Part shown: one piece after another, positions 62,587-64,000 of the stretch | Position numbering within the stretch: the stretch's first letter is position 1 | How the letters are laid out: every line of letters begins with the position of its first letter | Virus record (IMG/VR): IMGVR_UViG_3300047444_000069 | Span: 1 to 64,000 of that record | Source: a virus | Taxonomy: Duplodnaviria > Heunggongvirae > Uroviricota > Caudoviricetes | Reading direction: 5' to 3' (one strand) | DNA length: 64,000 nucleotides | The notes under the pieces: generated by a model | What the model was told of the DNA's origin: nothing | The model's input: the letters and a program-made list of their open reading frames with translations, nothing else | Databases searched by the model: none | Program-made: the position numbers and the translations under genes

Positions 62587-63180
62587 TTAAACGTGTTGCT
62601 TGGCGTCAAACCAAACTTTCTGCTTACTTGCCTTCTGGAACTGCTCAGTTGGGAGCAACGCGACCATTGGCCATGATGATGATGGTACTTCGAGATACTT
62701 CGATTCCAAACCATCATCACGATAGAGTTTGTACGCGAAGTCCGCGCCAAGGTTCTTTGCCTTCGATAGACGCATGAGGATGTCATAGGACAGTTTCATG
62801 CGTGTGGTTGCATCGAACCGGTCATTGTTTGCAAGATCGTACATGGCGATAAGCAATTTGAGACGCATGGGCGGCGGCAGGTAATGCATATTGATCCCTG
62901 TCCAATAATTGTGACCGTTCTTCGAAAACTTATCAATATAGAAGATACACGGAAAGCGGTCCCAATATTTCAGATCGTCCTTAGTGATAGCATCGTACTT
63001 AAACATGTACATTTTTCCGGGCGTCGGGTACGCGACGTTAGCCGTCTGTAACAGCCTACTATCCTTATAGCTGCTTCTGTTCAGTGCTTTGATGGACGCG
63101 GTGAACCAATCCAACGACTGTCGCATGTTGGCTTTGGTTACTTTGAAGTTATCGAACGGTGATGGTTTACGCGTTGCCAT
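62587..63180 (-). CDS. hypothetical protein, probably virion-associated
   Basis: 197 aa; SD; co-oriented with structural-looking genes. Confidence 0.45.
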   Translation of the reverse strand: MATRKPSPFDNFKVTKANMRQSLDWFTASIKALNRSSYKDSRLLQTANVAYPTPGKMYMFKYDAITKDDLKYWDRFPCIFYIDKFSKNGHNYWTGINMHYLPPPMRLKLLIAMYDLANNDRFDATTRMKLSYDILMRLSKAKNLGADFAYKLYRDDGLESKYLEVPSSSWPMVALLPTEQFQKASKQKVWFDAKQHV

Positions 63181-63859
63181 TGAGTCGGTTCAGTAGATAT
63201 GTTTCGATTTCGGGTGAGAACGTGTAGGTTCCATCTTGAAGGCTTGCTTTCCCTGCAACCAACCATCGCTTCAGAGAATGCTGAGTAGTCCTGAATGTTT
63301 TGCAGAAAGCCAATACACCCTTGTATGTTTTATCCCCAACGACAAGCAATTTCTTGACTTTCTCGCGAGAAGCTATGTACCGTTCAAGACGTTCGCCATC
63401 GAACTTGACACCTTTATTTAGTGCCGACAGCCTTGCTTTATCTTCTTCGGAAAAGATGCGACCGCCTTTACCGGGCTTGCCAAGCTTTGCCTCGCGCATC
63501 TTCGCTTTTGATTCTTCCGTGTGCTTCTTTCCCCGCATTCCCGATTCGCCGCCGCGCGTAACGTTGTATCCCTTATCCGCACCATCAAGGACGCAGCAAT
63601 CGTGTTCTCGGATGAAGTCCGGTTCCTTGACCTTCAGACAATGTTCGCCATCCAACGACTGATATATCACTTCAAATGTGAAGTTCTTTACACCATACTT
63701 TGAAAGGGCCGCATGAAGGATGGAATAGGAATTTTGATCGGGGCAGTTGCGGATACGGCGATGCTGCTTCCAGCGTTCTTTTGGTTGTTTGGACGTGAAA
63801 CCGATGTAGACCTTACCGTTGACGTGGTTGGTGATGCGATAGATTGTATAAATATGCAT
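63167..63859 (-). CDS. GIY-YIG homing endonuclease with NUMOD3-like DNA-binding motif
   Basis: 'IYTIYRITNHVNGKVYIGFTSK' GIY-YIG; 'NVTRGG'; 'HTEESKAKMREAKLGK' NUMOD3; CTAAATAG upstream on minus. Confidence 0.75.
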   Translation of the reverse strand: MHIYTIYRITNHVNGKVYIGFTSKQPKERWKQHRRIRNCPDQNSYSILHAALSKYGVKNFTFEVIYQSLDGEHCLKVKEPDFIREHDCCVLDGADKGYNVTRGGESGMRGKKHTEESKAKMREAKLGKPGKGGRIFSEEDKARLSALNKGVKFDGERLERYIASREKVKKLLVVGDKTYKGVLAFCKTFRTTQHSLKRWLVAGKASLQDGTYTFSPEIETYLLNRLNGNA

Positions 63860-63882
63860 AGTAGGTTTTGTGTTTAGGCCCG

Positions 63883-63920
63883 GACGGTGACAGCCGTACC
63901 GGGCTTTTTGTTGTTCACCT
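63883..63920 (+). other. stable hairpin + T-run (5'-UTR structure of minus-strand endonuclease gene or orphan + terminator)
   Basis: GCCCGGACGG-tgacag-CCGTACCGGGC then TTTTTGTTGTT. Confidence 0.4.
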
Positions 63921-64000
63921 ACTATTTAGTAAAACGAAGATTTTGAGATATTTGTATGGCTGTAAGTCTTTTTTTCTCTCACTTGATCCCAAGTTCCTTC

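Noticed and set aside
1-64000. Integrase/recombinase/transposase or prophage boundaries
   Set aside because: No tyrosine/serine recombinase or transposase motifs seen; gene content is that of a lytic T4-like genome

Overview
The window is a 64 kb piece of a T4-like (Straboviridae-type) myovirus genome, about 52% GC, with almost no non-coding space.

Core replication and nucleotide-metabolism genes are recognisable by direct motif matches to T4 proteins. These are the DnaB-type helicase (gp41-like), the gp61-like primase, RNase H, ATP-dependent DNA ligase, helicase loader gp59, ssDNA-binding protein gp32, RNR small and large subunits (in the order nrdB then nrdA), and a GH24 lysozyme. Flavin-dependent ThyX, a MazG-like NTP pyrophosphohydrolase, dCMP deaminase, two HAD phosphatases and a PhoH-like ATPase are recognised by catalytic motifs alone.

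Accessory functions include an NAD+ salvage pair (NadV plus NadM-Nudix), an HD-domain small alarmone hydrolase, two metallophosphoesterases, a 2H (LigT-like) phosphoesterase, an SPFH lipoprotein, a SleB-like secreted muramidase, a non-overlapping i-/o-spanin pair, and two GIY-YIG homing-endonuclease-like genes.

Between the core genes lie hyperplastic blocks (about 24.5-31.3 kb, 35-46 kb and 58.5-61.8 kb) of small ORFs. Most are preceded by a near-identical sigma70-type promoter plus leader cassette that is repeated more than 20 times and is sometimes nested in a hairpin (PeSL-like).

The most unusual content is a lineage-specific family of seven small proteins that end in a conserved G-W-x-S-S-x-C motif with a terminal cysteine. 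Six of them are tandem around an embedded Pol-beta-superfamily nucleotidyltransferase.

Other notable items are a family of three His/Gly-rich proteins sitting behind T4-late-like CTAAATA motifs, T4-gene-e-style leaders that sequester the Shine-Dalgarno sequence, two secreted low-complexity proteins expressed from early promoters, and an atypical 112-nt tRNA-like gene.

Minus-strand genes at 55.4-58.5 kb and 61.8-63.9 kb look like virion or baseplate genes and have been split by an inserted plus-strand early block.

No CRISPR array was seen, and no integrase, recombinase or transposase. All calls rest on motif recognition by eye in the supplied translations; no database search was run.
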